Assembly: GCA_033764315.1 (NCBI GenBank)
Contig: JANRJA010000167.1
Span: forward strand, 1 to 11,167
Direction: 5' to 3'
DNA: 11,167 nucleotides
From: Oculatellaceae cyanobacterium bins.114
Lineage (GTDB): Bacteria; Cyanobacteriota; Cyanobacteriia; Elainellales; Elainellaceae
Shown here: in pieces, positions 1-7,751 of the stretch
Numbering within the stretch: position 1 is the first letter of the stretch
Layout of the letters: the number at the start of each line of letters is the position of its first letter
The notes under the pieces: model-generated
Told to the model about the DNA's origin: nothing
What the model saw: only the letters and a program-made list of their open reading frames with translations
Databases searched by the model: none
Position numbers and translations under genes: made by a program

Positions 1-640
1 ATTTGCTACGCTCCATCGGACAATATTATCCTCATCTTTGAGGAGTGGTAGTAGCTCTTCCAGTATTTGGTCTGAAGTCCTGCCTGACCATCCAAGTGCA
101 TTTGCCGCGCTTCCTCGGACGTTGCTATTCTTATCCTTGAGCAGTGGTAGTAACTCTTCCAGTACCTGGTCTGAAGCTCTACCTAACTGACCAAATGCAA
201 CTGCTGCCTTCCATTGGACGTTATTATCCTCATCCTTGAGCAGTGGTAGTAACTCTTCCAGTACCTGGTCTGAAGCTCTACCTAACTGACCAATAGCGTA
301 TGCTGCGCTCCCTCGAACATTATTATCCTCATCTTTGAGGAGTGGTAGTAGCCTTTCCATTACCTGGTCTGAAGCTCTGCATAACTGACCAAGTGCATTT
401 GCTGCTCCTATTTGGACATTACTATCCTCGTCCTTGAGGAGTGACAATAGCCCCTCCAGCACTTGATCTGAAGCTCTACCTAACTGACCAAGTGCATCTG
501 CTACGCTCCTTCGGACATTATTATCCTCATCTTTGAGGAGTGGTAGTAGCCTTTCCAGTACTTGGTCTGAAGCCCTGCCTAACTGTCTGAGTGCATTTAC
601 TGCGCTTCTTTGGACATCGCTATTCTCATCTTTTAGAAGG
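1..640 (-). repeat. Tandem 99-bp (33-aa) HEAT/PBS-lyase-like repeats, at least 6 full units
   Basis: 99-bp period of cctcatctttgaggagtggtag...ggtctgaagctct. Bases 133-194 and 232-293 are identical over 62 bp. Confidence 0.92.
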
Positions 641-2955
641 GTTATTAATGCAGTGATCGCCCCCTCTTCGTCTCCTAATGCAGCGCGATATCTTTGTAGT
701 CGCACTTTGCCAATTTTGTCTGCTGGAATTTGCAGCAATCGTTGCAACGTGAGTTGCTCAAATTTTGTTTCATGCAGGTTACAGAGCGTTTGAAAAACCT
801 GACCTCGGATTTGGCTGGAGACGAGAGGTGAGTTGCTGGTTTCCAGGGCTACCAGTTGATCTAGAATGTTGCCTGCTAAGGTTTCGTCGGTCATCGGGAT
901 ATCTTCTGCGAGGCAAGCCCCTGCAAAGAACAGGTTGCGGTGTAGCCATTTGCCATAGGGGTCGGGGGCATTGAGAATGGACTGGAGGCATTTGGTAGGA
1001 TTGCTACGCTTTTGTTGAGCAATGAGCAACAACAAGACTTCGCGCCAGTGGGGGTCATGCAGGTGGGTTTGAATGTGCTCTAAGACCACGTCAAAGCTTT
1101 CTTCCTGGCGATCGCGGATCTCCTGGGCAGTTAGGTATTCCTGAAAGGTCTTGTGGACAAAGGCATAGCAATCTTGTCCCTGTTCATTGAGTAAGCCTGT
1201 GCGATCGCGAATGTGGCGTAAAAACCGCTCTGCTTCGGCTTTTGCTTCGTTGCGCTCTAGTTTTTTCTCTTCTTTAATGTATTGGCTCAATTGAGTAATG
1301 AGTTCATCACGATCGATCAGGGTGCCGCCTTCGTTATCGCCTGTGCCACCCTGGGTATGAATCCAATAGGCTAACCGTTCCATGAGGTGACGCAGATTAT
1401 CTAGCCGCAGGTATTGCAGTGCTTTGTGAGTCGTAATTTCTCGGCTGGAATCCCAGGTTGTAAGCAGGGTTCTTACTGCTCTGTCGTAGAGTTCATATCG
1501 ATCTCTGGGTAGCTCAGTTTGATAGCGATGAATCAAGGCGATGATGGTCAGCAGGAGTGGGTTTCGGGCTAAAACCTTGATGCGATCGTTATCCTGGAGT
1601 GCTTTTTGTAGATTGCTTTTGCGTCGTTCTGACTCCGCTTGGTCGGGGGTACGGGTGTCATACCAATTGGTAATGAACTGTTTGATCTGGTCATCGCTAA
1701 AGGGTTGCAATTGATAATGGGGATATTCGGCAGTACGGAAGAAATCGCGGCGATATCCAGCGGGGCGAGAGGTGACGATCGCCCGGTTCTGGTCATACTG
1801 TCCTAAAAAGTTTTCAATCTTGCGAACAATCTCCTGCCTGTGCCCTTCTTCTGCCACTTCGTCTAGCCCATCCAGCAGGATTAATGCTCGACCCTCCTGT
1901 ACCCAGGCTTCAAAAAATCCCCCTGGCAACGGCATACAGGACATGGTCGCTTCAGCAAACCGCTTGGCATAATCGAGAATGCTCAACTCTGGATGTAGGG
2001 CTAATTCTCGTATCCGAATCAGGATGGGTAGCCAGTCACTGTCAGCCTCAAGCCCTAATGCCTCCTGCTGTCCGGTTGCCAGCATGACGGCAAGGTAATT
2101 CATGAGCGTCGTTTTGCCTGACCCCGGTGCACCCAGTAGCACGAGCTTTTTAGATTCAGTTTGGCTCAAGAGTTTAGAGGCTGAAACCTTGGGGCCTGAC
2201 CATTGCTGGTCTGTTTGCTGTGCTTGCTGTCGTTGCTCTTGGATTAAGGCTTGCTGGCGATCATCCTCTAGGGAAAAATATGAGTAGTCAATAACATAAT
2301 TCTTAGTTGAGTACGGTACAGAATCGTATTTCCTCAAGCTGTATTTCTTTGCTCTGAAGTGATCAGTGCGATCGCCTCTTACCTCAGCGATCGCATCTGG
2401 CATGACAAAAATATTTTGAAGCTCTTTTGCTTCATCAATGACTTGCCCTTCTACTGCAATTCCAGCAAACTTGACATCGTCGTACCAGTTCACCAGTTGT
2501 TCACAGTAGTCTGCTTTGGCAATTTGAAACTGAATTGCACTAGTTTTATCGAAGTAGGCATTGATAAATGTTTCAAGCCAGGGCTTTAATGCCGTCTCGT
2601 TGAGCTTTATTCCACTTTCGCGCTCTACCTGTCTGAACCCAGCGATTAAAAATTCGAGTCTGGGCTTGCCCTCATTCTGAAAGGGACGCTGTAGCTCAGT
2701 TTGCACGACTGCATCACTGAAGACTGCTTCTTTGAACTTACGAACTTGAATGTCCTGGCAATGATAGAACAGTAGATTTGTTGGTTGGAGTGGTTTCTCA
2801 GCGTTAGTGGCAGCCTCTACTCCACAGGCGATCGCCTGTTGTAAATCGTCTTTATTTAATCGAGTTTTGATCCGATTGCCTGCCTGGTCAAACAACACAT
2901 CAGCTGCTTTTGAAACACCCCAGTCGATTAAAATTCCTGCGATCGCGCCAACCAT
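1..2955 (-). CDS. NACHT (STAND) NTPase with N-terminal helical domain and C-terminal HEAT repeats (bacterial NLR-like), >985 aa, 3' end outside window
   Basis: Hand translation from ATG at 2955 (MVGAIAGILIDW...) stays open to base 1. Walker A LVLLGAPGSGKTTLM, Walker B ALILLDGLDEV, AIVTSRPAGY, LARNPLLLTIIA, YAFVHKTFQEYLTA and HDPHWREVLLLL, followed by LKDEDNNVRxxAAxALGQLG repeats. Confidence 0.93.
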   Translation of the reverse strand, partial: MVGAIAGILIDWGVSKAADVLFDQAGNRIKTRLNKDDLQQAIACGVEAATNAEKPLQPTNLLFYHCQDIQVRKFKEAVFSDAVVQTELQRPFQNEGKPRLEFLIAGFRQVERESGIKLNETALKPWLETFINAYFDKTSAIQFQIAKADYCEQLVNWYDDVKFAGIAVEGQVIDEAKELQNIFVMPDAIAEVRGDRTDHFRAKKYSLRKYDSVPYSTKNYVIDYSYFSLEDDRQQALIQEQRQQAQQTDQQWSGPKVSASKLLSQTESKKLVLLGAPGSGKTTLMNYLAVMLATGQQEALGLEADSDWLPILIRIRELALHPELSILDYAKRFAEATMSCMPLPGGFFEAWVQEGRALILLDGLDEVAEEGHRQEIVRKIENFLGQYDQNRAIVTSRPAGYRRDFFRTAEYPHYQLQPFSDDQIKQFITNWYDTRTPDQAESERRKSNLQKALQDNDRIKVLARNPLLLTIIALIHRYQTELPRDRYELYDRAVRTLLTTWDSSREITTHKALQYLRLDNLRHLMERLAYWIHTQGGTGDNEGGTLIDRDELITQLSQYIKEEKKLERNEAKAEAERFLRHIRDRTGLLNEQGQDCYAFVHKTFQEYLTAQEIRDRQEESFDVVLEHIQTHLHDPHWREVLLLLIAQQKRSNPTKCLQSILNAPDPYGKWLHRNLFFAGACLAEDIPMTDETLAGNILDQLVALETSNSPLVSSQIRGQVFQTLCNLHETKFEQLTLQRLLQIPADKIGKVRLQRYRAALGDEEGAITALITLLKDENSDVQRSAVNALRQLGRASDQVLERLLPLLKDEDNNVRRSVADALGQLGRASDQVLEGLLSLLKDEDSNVQIGAANALGQLCRASDQVMERLLPLLKDEDNNVRGSAAYAIGQLGRASDQVLEELLPLLKDEDNNVQWKAAVAFGQLGRASDQVLEELLPLLKDKNSNVRGSAANALGWSGRTSDQILEELLPLLKDEDNIVRWSVAN

Positions 2956-3090
2956 ATTAGCTTTGCTCTGGTGTCAGACTCATTGAACGTCATGATGTAA
3001 CGTTTAAGCCGTCGTGCTTGTGAATAGCTTCTCAGTGTTTAACTGTAGGGAGGCTAATTGAGACACTGTTGTTCTGGGGATAATTAACTG

Positions 3091-3125
3091 TGTCAGATTA
3101 TGGCAAAAAGTGTCAGGAAGTGCCA
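3091..3125. promoter_or_regulatory. Four TGNCA boxes at 10-bp spacing in the divergent intergenic region (candidate regulator binding array)
   Basis: tgtca 3091, tggca 3101, tgtca 3111, tgcca 3121; an additional gtgtcag at 2971. Confidence 0.4.
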
Positions 3126-3285
3126 AGATCAGCGATTAATCGGTATACAGGTTTACGTTTATCGAATGGGGTATTGAGTGGGGCGATCGCTCTGTTTCTG
3201 ATTTGCCTATAGGTTGAGAGCTTTAGAAGCCAGGAATTTAAATGGCAACAAACTTTGTAGATAGGGTTTGACGGCATCCAGAGTC

Positions 3286-4632
3286 ATGAAAAAAAGTAAA
3301 CAAGTTCGCCCGATTGCTACTTCTTTCTCTGTAAGAACTGCCGTTCTTTTAGGCATTCTCATTCTGCTAGTAGCTTGGCAAGTACCCAAATGGCAAACAT
3401 CAAATGTTGGACCCAGCAACAAAGATCAAGCGGATGTAGAAAATGCTTATCGACAAACCATACTGCAAGCGATCGGTGGACTCTTTTTCTTGGCTACTGC
3501 TTATCTCTCATGGAAAAACCTTCAAATTAGTGAGGATAAGCAAATTACGGAGCGTTTTAGTAAAGCCGTTGAGATGCTTGGAAATGAAGACTTGATTGAG
3601 GTTCGTCTAGGTGGCATCTATATTTTGTCACGCATTGCCAAAGACTCGCCTGAAGACCACTGGACAGTGATGGAAGTGTTAACTGCTTTTATTCGGGAGA
3701 GATCTGCAAGCCAGCGGCTTAAGGCAGAGGATGCAGCTGATCCTTCTCAGGAACCCGCGAGCGTCACTACAGATATTCAAGCAGCTATCAATGTCGTTGG
3801 GGAGAGAAATGTGAGCAACGACCCTAGAGGAAGACGTTTGGATCTCACTGAAGCTAACCTCGCTGGAGCTAATCTCAGCAACACCGACTTCACTGGAGCT
3901 AAACTCACTGGAGCTAATCTCAGCAACATCGACTTCACTGGAGCTAAACTCAACAATGCAGACCTCCACGTTGTTAATCTCAGAAATACCAACCTGACTG
4001 GGGCTGGACTCAACAATGCAAACCTCTGCTTTGCTAATCTCAGAAACACCAACCTGACTGGGGCTGAACTCAACAATGCAGACCTCTGCTTTGCTGATCT
4101 CGATAAGGTTGTTATTGATGAAAAAACGCAGTTGGATGCTAAATGGCGTTTAGTTTGGAGAGTTGTTAACGAAAGGGTTACTGGTGCCAACCTTGGTAAT
4201 GAGGATCTTAGTTGTGCCAACCTAACTGGAGTTAACCTCAGCAATGCTAACCTCGGTTACGCCAATCTCAGCAAAGCTATCCTTGACAGTGCTAACCTCA
4301 CTGAAGCCAATCTCAGTGGTGCTAACCTCGTTGATACTGACCTCAGGAGAAGTAACCTCACTGAAGTCATCCTTAACGGTGCTGACCTCACTGAAGCCGA
4401 TCTCCAAAACGCTATCCTGTGTAAAGCCGCCCTCAGTGGTGCCAACCTCACTTTCGCGTCTCTCGATGGTGCTAACCTCAATAAAGCCGACTTTAGTGGT
4501 GCTACTCTCAAATGGACTAGTTTCAGTAATGCTAAAAACTGGACAGATGAACAATTGGACACTGCCAAGCTTTGTAAAACTCAACTGCCAGAGGGGAGTA
4601 ATCTAGACCCAGATCGAGATTGTTCAAAATGA
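3286..4632 (+). CDS. Pentapeptide-repeat protein with N-terminal hydrophobic segments
   Basis: Two hydrophobic stretches, then the QITERFSKAVEMLG...VRLGGIYILSRIAKDS...VMEVLTAFIRE...DIQAAINVVGER block, then two A(N/D)Lxx repeat tracts separated by TQLDAKWRLVWRVVN. ATG 3286 preferred over TTG 3268. Confidence 0.92.
   Translation: MKKSKQVRPIATSFSVRTAVLLGILILLVAWQVPKWQTSNVGPSNKDQADVENAYRQTILQAIGGLFFLATAYLSWKNLQISEDKQITERFSKAVEMLGNEDLIEVRLGGIYILSRIAKDSPEDHWTVMEVLTAFIRERSASQRLKAEDAADPSQEPASVTTDIQAAINVVGERNVSNDPRGRRLDLTEANLAGANLSNTDFTGAKLTGANLSNIDFTGAKLNNADLHVVNLRNTNLTGAGLNNANLCFANLRNTNLTGAELNNADLCFADLDKVVIDEKTQLDAKWRLVWRVVNERVTGANLGNEDLSCANLTGVNLSNANLGYANLSKAILDSANLTEANLSGANLVDTDLRRSNLTEVILNGADLTEADLQNAILCKAALSGANLTFASLDGANLNKADFSGATLKWTSFSNAKNWTDEQLDTAKLCKTQLPEGSNLDPDRDCSK
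3863..4100 (+). repeat. Near-identical 45-bp and 60-bp tandem duplications inside the pentapeptide tract
   Basis: ctggagctaatctcagcaaca(c/t)cgacttcactggagctaaactca x2, then about 2.5 copies of aacaatgca(g/a)acctc...ctgactggggctg(g/a)actc. Confidence 0.85.
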
Positions 4633-4667
4633 GCAAAGATTTTTGGTTTCACCTAATCCATACTCTA

Positions 4668-4919
4668 CTAACGGTAAGCGGCTGGGACTGCCCGTAACTC
4701 ATTGATGGCAGTGAGGTTGATTTTGATGATGGCTTTTGCGCTGTCACGGGCGCGATCGTCTATCCAATGAAGCCCTTCAACCCACTCACCAGATTTGATA
4801 CGGCGAAAGATGCTGCGTCGTGAGTAGCCTTTTCCTAATCGCTTGGATGCCTCGTTGATGTCTACCAATTCGGCATTGTCAGGGATGCGAGGTAGTTGTT
4901 TGAGTTTGGCTTTGCTCAT
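4668..4919 (-). CDS. Excisionase/AlpA-like small HTH DNA-binding protein (83 aa)
   Basis: LVDINEASKRLGKGYSRRSIFRRIKSGEWVEGLHWID...IKINLTAI resembles MerR/Xis-like winged HTH proteins; basic; ATG 4919 lies just after the upstream stop at 4924. Confidence 0.7.
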   Translation of the reverse strand: MSKAKLKQLPRIPDNAELVDINEASKRLGKGYSRRSIFRRIKSGEWVEGLHWIDDRARDSAKAIIKINLTAINELRAVPAAYR

Positions 4920-4923
4920 AGGT

Positions 4924-5154
4924 CTATTTTGCCTGATATTTTGTGGGTGGCTCGGAGATAACAAACCGTTCTCGAAGTGCCTTAGCGGTGCGCTCTATCT
5001 CGGCGGCTTCGAGGCTCTGTAGAATGTCGGCGGCTTCGCTGTCTGGAAGCTGGGATTCTAGAAAGCGTTCAATCTGGTCAAACAGTTCTGCATCAATTTG
5101 AACTAATAGCCTCACGGTCTTCACTCCAAAATAGGTAGCGATCGAGGTCTTCAT
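4924..5154 (-). CDS. Hypothetical protein (76 aa from ATG 5154; GTG 5205 is an alternative start)
   Basis: Fills the gap between co-oriented genes; helical, acidic sequence. Confidence 0.65.
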   Translation of the reverse strand: MKTSIATYFGVKTVRLLVQIDAELFDQIERFLESQLPDSEAADILQSLEAAEIERTAKALRERFVISEPPTKYQAK

Positions 5155-5205
5155 TTTCTTGCGCGATTGGGGTGATGTAATCTTTTGGGTTCTCGTTGGG
5201 GCCAC

Positions 5206-5730
5206 TCATAATTGTGGAATTTTGCGGGTATTAGTTGCGCTGGTGATTGCCTCGAATGCTTGATTCAATGTCTCCTTGGGTCGTTTCTCAATGGTGGCTA
5301 GTATTTCATCCACAGAACATCGAGCGTCAATCATCGCTCTGACCTGATCTACCTGTTTCACTGGGATGTAAATCGTGCGCTTTTTCCCGGCGTCCAACCA
5401 TTCGTAGAAGTAACTGATGCTGGGGCGATCGCGTTTGGTGTTCCCCTTGCGCTCCTTGATAGTTCCACTGGCTTTGCCTTTGGGGGAGTGTCGCCGCTGA
5501 CGTTTGGGAGGTTGGGGGGTGGATTCTGGGGGTAATAGGCTCTCACTGATGTGTGGCTGTTCAATGCCGCTGCCATAGTCAGCAAAGATGATTTGCTCAT
5601 TCCCTGCTGGCTCTGTGCGGGTGATGGTGGCGATTCCAGATGTTGTAGAAGTCGCCTCTCCCAGTGATGGATTTTCAAGGGGGTACGGTGCAACGTCGGG
5701 CGTGAAGGAAAGCTGTAAGCCTCTTAGCAT
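5206..5730 (-). CDS. Hypothetical protein with low-complexity N-terminus and basic, probably DNA-binding C-terminal domain
   Basis: KRQRRHSPKGKASGTIKERKG...SYFYEWLDAGKKRTIYIP motif; ATG overlaps the upstream stop (ATGCTAA). Confidence 0.7.
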   Translation of the reverse strand: MLRGLQLSFTPDVAPYPLENPSLGEATSTTSGIATITRTEPAGNEQIIFADYGSGIEQPHISESLLPPESTPQPPKRQRRHSPKGKASGTIKERKGNTKRDRPSISYFYEWLDAGKKRTIYIPVKQVDQVRAMIDARCSVDEILATIEKRPKETLNQAFEAITSATNTRKIPQL

Positions 5731-5873
5731 GACCTTTCTCGCTGTAGCTGCTGATTGAGGTGGTTGGCTAGTGCTCGTGCTACAAGCTTGTTTTGATCGT
5801 CCCTGCTGTTTTCTAGGTGGTCTTTAAGCAGGTTGTAAATGCTATCTGGCAGTTCGATGTAGATGCTGATCAT
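5724..5873 (-). CDS. Small ribbon-helix-helix / DUF2811-like protein (49 aa), not in ORF track
   Basis: MISIYIELPDSIYNLLKDHLENSRDDQNKLVARALANHLNQQLQRERSC; ATGA overlap with the rep stop and overlap with the next start; alternating beta-strand followed by two helices. Confidence 0.72.
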   Translation of the reverse strand: MISIYIELPDSIYNLLKDHLENSRDDQNKLVARALANHLNQQLQRERSC

Positions 5874-6922
5874 GGTTGCTTGATTTCAGTGAGTTTTATT
5901 TTCCAATCGCGGCGAATTGAAAGTAGTTCTCGTGTCTGGTCTGGCTGGCTCTCGTAGAGCTGCTTGAGTTTGGCGATCGCCCAATCTTTATGCCCATCTA
6001 TGAGATAGGTGTCGATTTGCTGAGAGATGGCGATTTCGTCGAATGCTTGTGGGGGACTGGCTCTGAATGGGTTGGTGGTGTGCTTGTCCCTGGCGTTGCG
6101 CTTGGCTTCGTTGGCGGTGAAGTTGCGTTTTATTGCTGCCACGAAAAAACCGCCCGGATTTCGCACTGTTCCTTTTTGTTGTTGTTCTTGGAGTGCTGAG
6201 AGTGCGTTGTCTACGGCGTGGCTAACTTCACTTGGTTTGTGGTGGCGTTGGAGGGTGGCGATCGCTTGTTGAATTGTTTTGTTGGGGTTTAGTCCTGCTG
6301 CTGAGATCTTTTCTAGTAAGGGGTCTTGAGGATGTACCAGGTCTAATCCCTGTTTATCTTCATCTGCTGTGCTTGCACCAATTTGTTTAGTTTTAAAAGT
6401 TTGATCTGTTATTGGTACATTGCTGCTTTTGCTGGAACCGTTACCTTGAAAGGGGTCTGAGAAATTTTCTTCAGAGGATAGTCTCGTAGGTGAGTTTGGC
6501 ATTCTCACAGGTGAGTCTGAATTTCTCATGCATGAGTCTGGTTGTCTCATGGGTGAGACTATTCCTCGACCGCGTAAATTTCTGAAGGCGATTTTGAGGG
6601 GTTGGGTGTCGAACAGTCCATGCTCCTCAAACTTGGCTAAAGCTCGGTAAAAAGTCGCTTTACTGATCTGGCATTCGCTCAAGATGATGATTAAATCAGG
6701 CATCTCTGCATAGCGATCGCCAAAGGGTTCAAGGGTTACCAGGAAACTCCATAACCGCCACTCTGAGGCGTGTAGATTAATCCTTCTGAGTTCTTGGGCG
6801 ATCGCTGGGGATAAGGCATAGTAGAGCTTTGCTGGTAGGTCTGTGCTTCGATCTGCCATGATGCACTTAGATAATTTGATTGGTGTACCCTTTCGCTCTG
6901 CTAAGCGGGGGGGTATTTTCAT
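5870..6922 (-). CDS. Replication initiator-like protein (N-terminal wHTH, iteron-encoded linker, C-terminal helical domain)
   Basis: LHASEWRLWSFL...ECQISKATFYRALAKFEEHGLF HTH; internal 21-bp repeats; VRNPGGFFVAAIKRN motif typical of phage/plasmid initiator C-termini; lies directly downstream of a cro-like gene. Confidence 0.75.
   Translation of the reverse strand: MKIPPRLAERKGTPIKLSKCIMADRSTDLPAKLYYALSPAIAQELRRINLHASEWRLWSFLVTLEPFGDRYAEMPDLIIILSECQISKATFYRALAKFEEHGLFDTQPLKIAFRNLRGRGIVSPMRQPDSCMRNSDSPVRMPNSPTRLSSEENFSDPFQGNGSSKSSNVPITDQTFKTKQIGASTADEDKQGLDLVHPQDPLLEKISAAGLNPNKTIQQAIATLQRHHKPSEVSHAVDNALSALQEQQQKGTVRNPGGFFVAAIKRNFTANEAKRNARDKHTTNPFRASPPQAFDEIAISQQIDTYLIDGHKDWAIAKLKQLYESQPDQTRELLSIRRDWKIKLTEIKQP
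6482..6565. repeat. Four 21-bp iterons with CTCA-N4-TGAG dyad core (putative replication origin)
   Basis: tctcgtaggtgagtttggcat / tctcacaggtgagtctgaatt / tctcatgcatgagtctggttg / tctcatgggtgagactattcc at 6482, 6503, 6524, 6545; AT-rich tract near 6380-6415. Confidence 0.8.
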
Positions 6923-6932
6923 GGATTTGGGA

Positions 6933-7187
6933 TTATGGGGCGATCAGGGCTTCGATGCGCTCGGTGATTTTGGCGGTGGTTTGGTTGTCTTTGCGTCTTA
7001 GCTCAAAGCCTCTAAGGACTTCGGATTTCTCCATTCCCAACGCTTGGGCGATCGCTCCTAGATTCCTTTCGGAGATGTGGCGGTTGTTGCTCCACGCGGC
7101 GAAATTGGATGCATGAATCCCTGTTAATTTTTGAAGATCAACGTTGCGTGCATAGCGGATGTCTTCCGCAGTTAAGGCGGTTAGCAT
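6933..7187 (-). CDS. Cro-like XRE HTH regulator (84 aa)
   Basis: NVDLQKLTGIHASNFAAWSNNRHISERNLGAIAQALGM is HTH_3-like; first gene of the replication operon. Confidence 0.75.
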   Translation of the reverse strand: MLTALTAEDIRYARNVDLQKLTGIHASNFAAWSNNRHISERNLGAIAQALGMEKSEVLRGFELRRKDNQTTAKITERIEALIAP

Positions 7188-7199
7188 AATAATTTCCAA

Positions 7200-7332
7200 T
7201 TTTCCTGCAATATATTACCCGTTCCGATAATAACTATTACGAACGTGTGCTAAATCATATCTTCTTATGATTTGAAATTCAATTAAATTGGCATAAATTG
7301 CAGGAAGTTATAATTTATACACTGTTTATGTA
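7200..7332. promoter_or_regulatory. Divergent promoter/operator region
   Basis: AT-rich; perfect dyad aaatcata-N6-tatgattt 7252-7273; inverted pair ttcctgcaat 7202-7211 and attgcaggaa 7297-7306; caattaaattg 7280-7290; TATAAT at 7309-7314. Confidence 0.65.
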
Positions 7333-7587
7333 ATGAGATTTTCTGATGCTTTTAGAGAGACTCTGTTTCGTTTTAGTTTGAAGGGGTCTGATCTGGCTGC
7401 AAAAAGCGGTCTGACTACTACTCAAATCAGTAAGTTTCGTAGGGGTGAAAACCTGCGAATTGATTCAGTGGAGAAGATTTTAGACGCTTTACCCGTTGAA
7501 GCTAGGGAGTACATGTTGATGCTGGTATTGCAGCAGCCTGAAGTGAATCATGTGCCATTACCGACGAAAGGGGCAGATGATGAATAA
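7333..7587 (+). CDS. XRE-family HTH repressor-like protein (84 aa, no peptidase domain)
   Basis: LKGSDLAAKSGLTTTQISKFRRGENLRIDSVEKILDAL is a canonical XRE HTH; divergent from the cro-like gene. Confidence 0.85.
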   Translation: MRFSDAFRETLFRFSLKGSDLAAKSGLTTTQISKFRRGENLRIDSVEKILDALPVEAREYMLMLVLQQPEVNHVPLPTKGADDE

Positions 7588-7696
7588 TCCCTATGACAAG
7601 TATTTAGCTCCTCTCAAGGTGCTGCTGTGGGTGCTGTTTGTGTTGCCTCGGCTGGGGCAGTGGTGGCTGTGGAGGAAGTATAGAAGCCGCAAATAA
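7577..7696 (+). CDS. Putative 39-aa membrane peptide, not in ORF track
   Basis: MMNNPYDKYLAPLKVLLWVLFVLPRLGQWWLWRKYRSRK; overlaps the repressor stop and ends at the terminator. Confidence 0.45.
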   Translation: MMNNPYDKYLAPLKVLLWVLFVLPRLGQWWLWRKYRSRK

Positions 7697-7719
7697 AAAA
7701 CCCCGGCGTGAGCCGGGGG
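7695..7719 (-). terminator. Intrinsic terminator between convergent units
   Basis: aaaaaa-ccccggc-gtga-gccgggg; the U-tract follows the stem on the minus strand. Confidence 0.8.
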
Positions 7720-7751
7720 TGGTGTGGATGATGTCTCTAGAATTGGGTAAC

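Noticed and set aside
1..640. HEAT repeat variation as a diversity-generating retroelement target
   Set aside because: No reverse transcriptase or non-coding template repeat in the window, and differences do not appear restricted to adenines.
1905..1925. Possible frameshift at the A6/C5 homopolymers in the NACHT gene
   Set aside because: Careful reading gives in-frame PGGFFEAW leading to Walker B.
533..2589. Short ORFs listed over the left region
   Set aside because: All lie within the uninterrupted minus-strand NACHT gene.
3679..4606. Several antisense and alternate-frame ORFs over the pentapeptide gene
   Set aside because: Shadows of repetitive codon usage.
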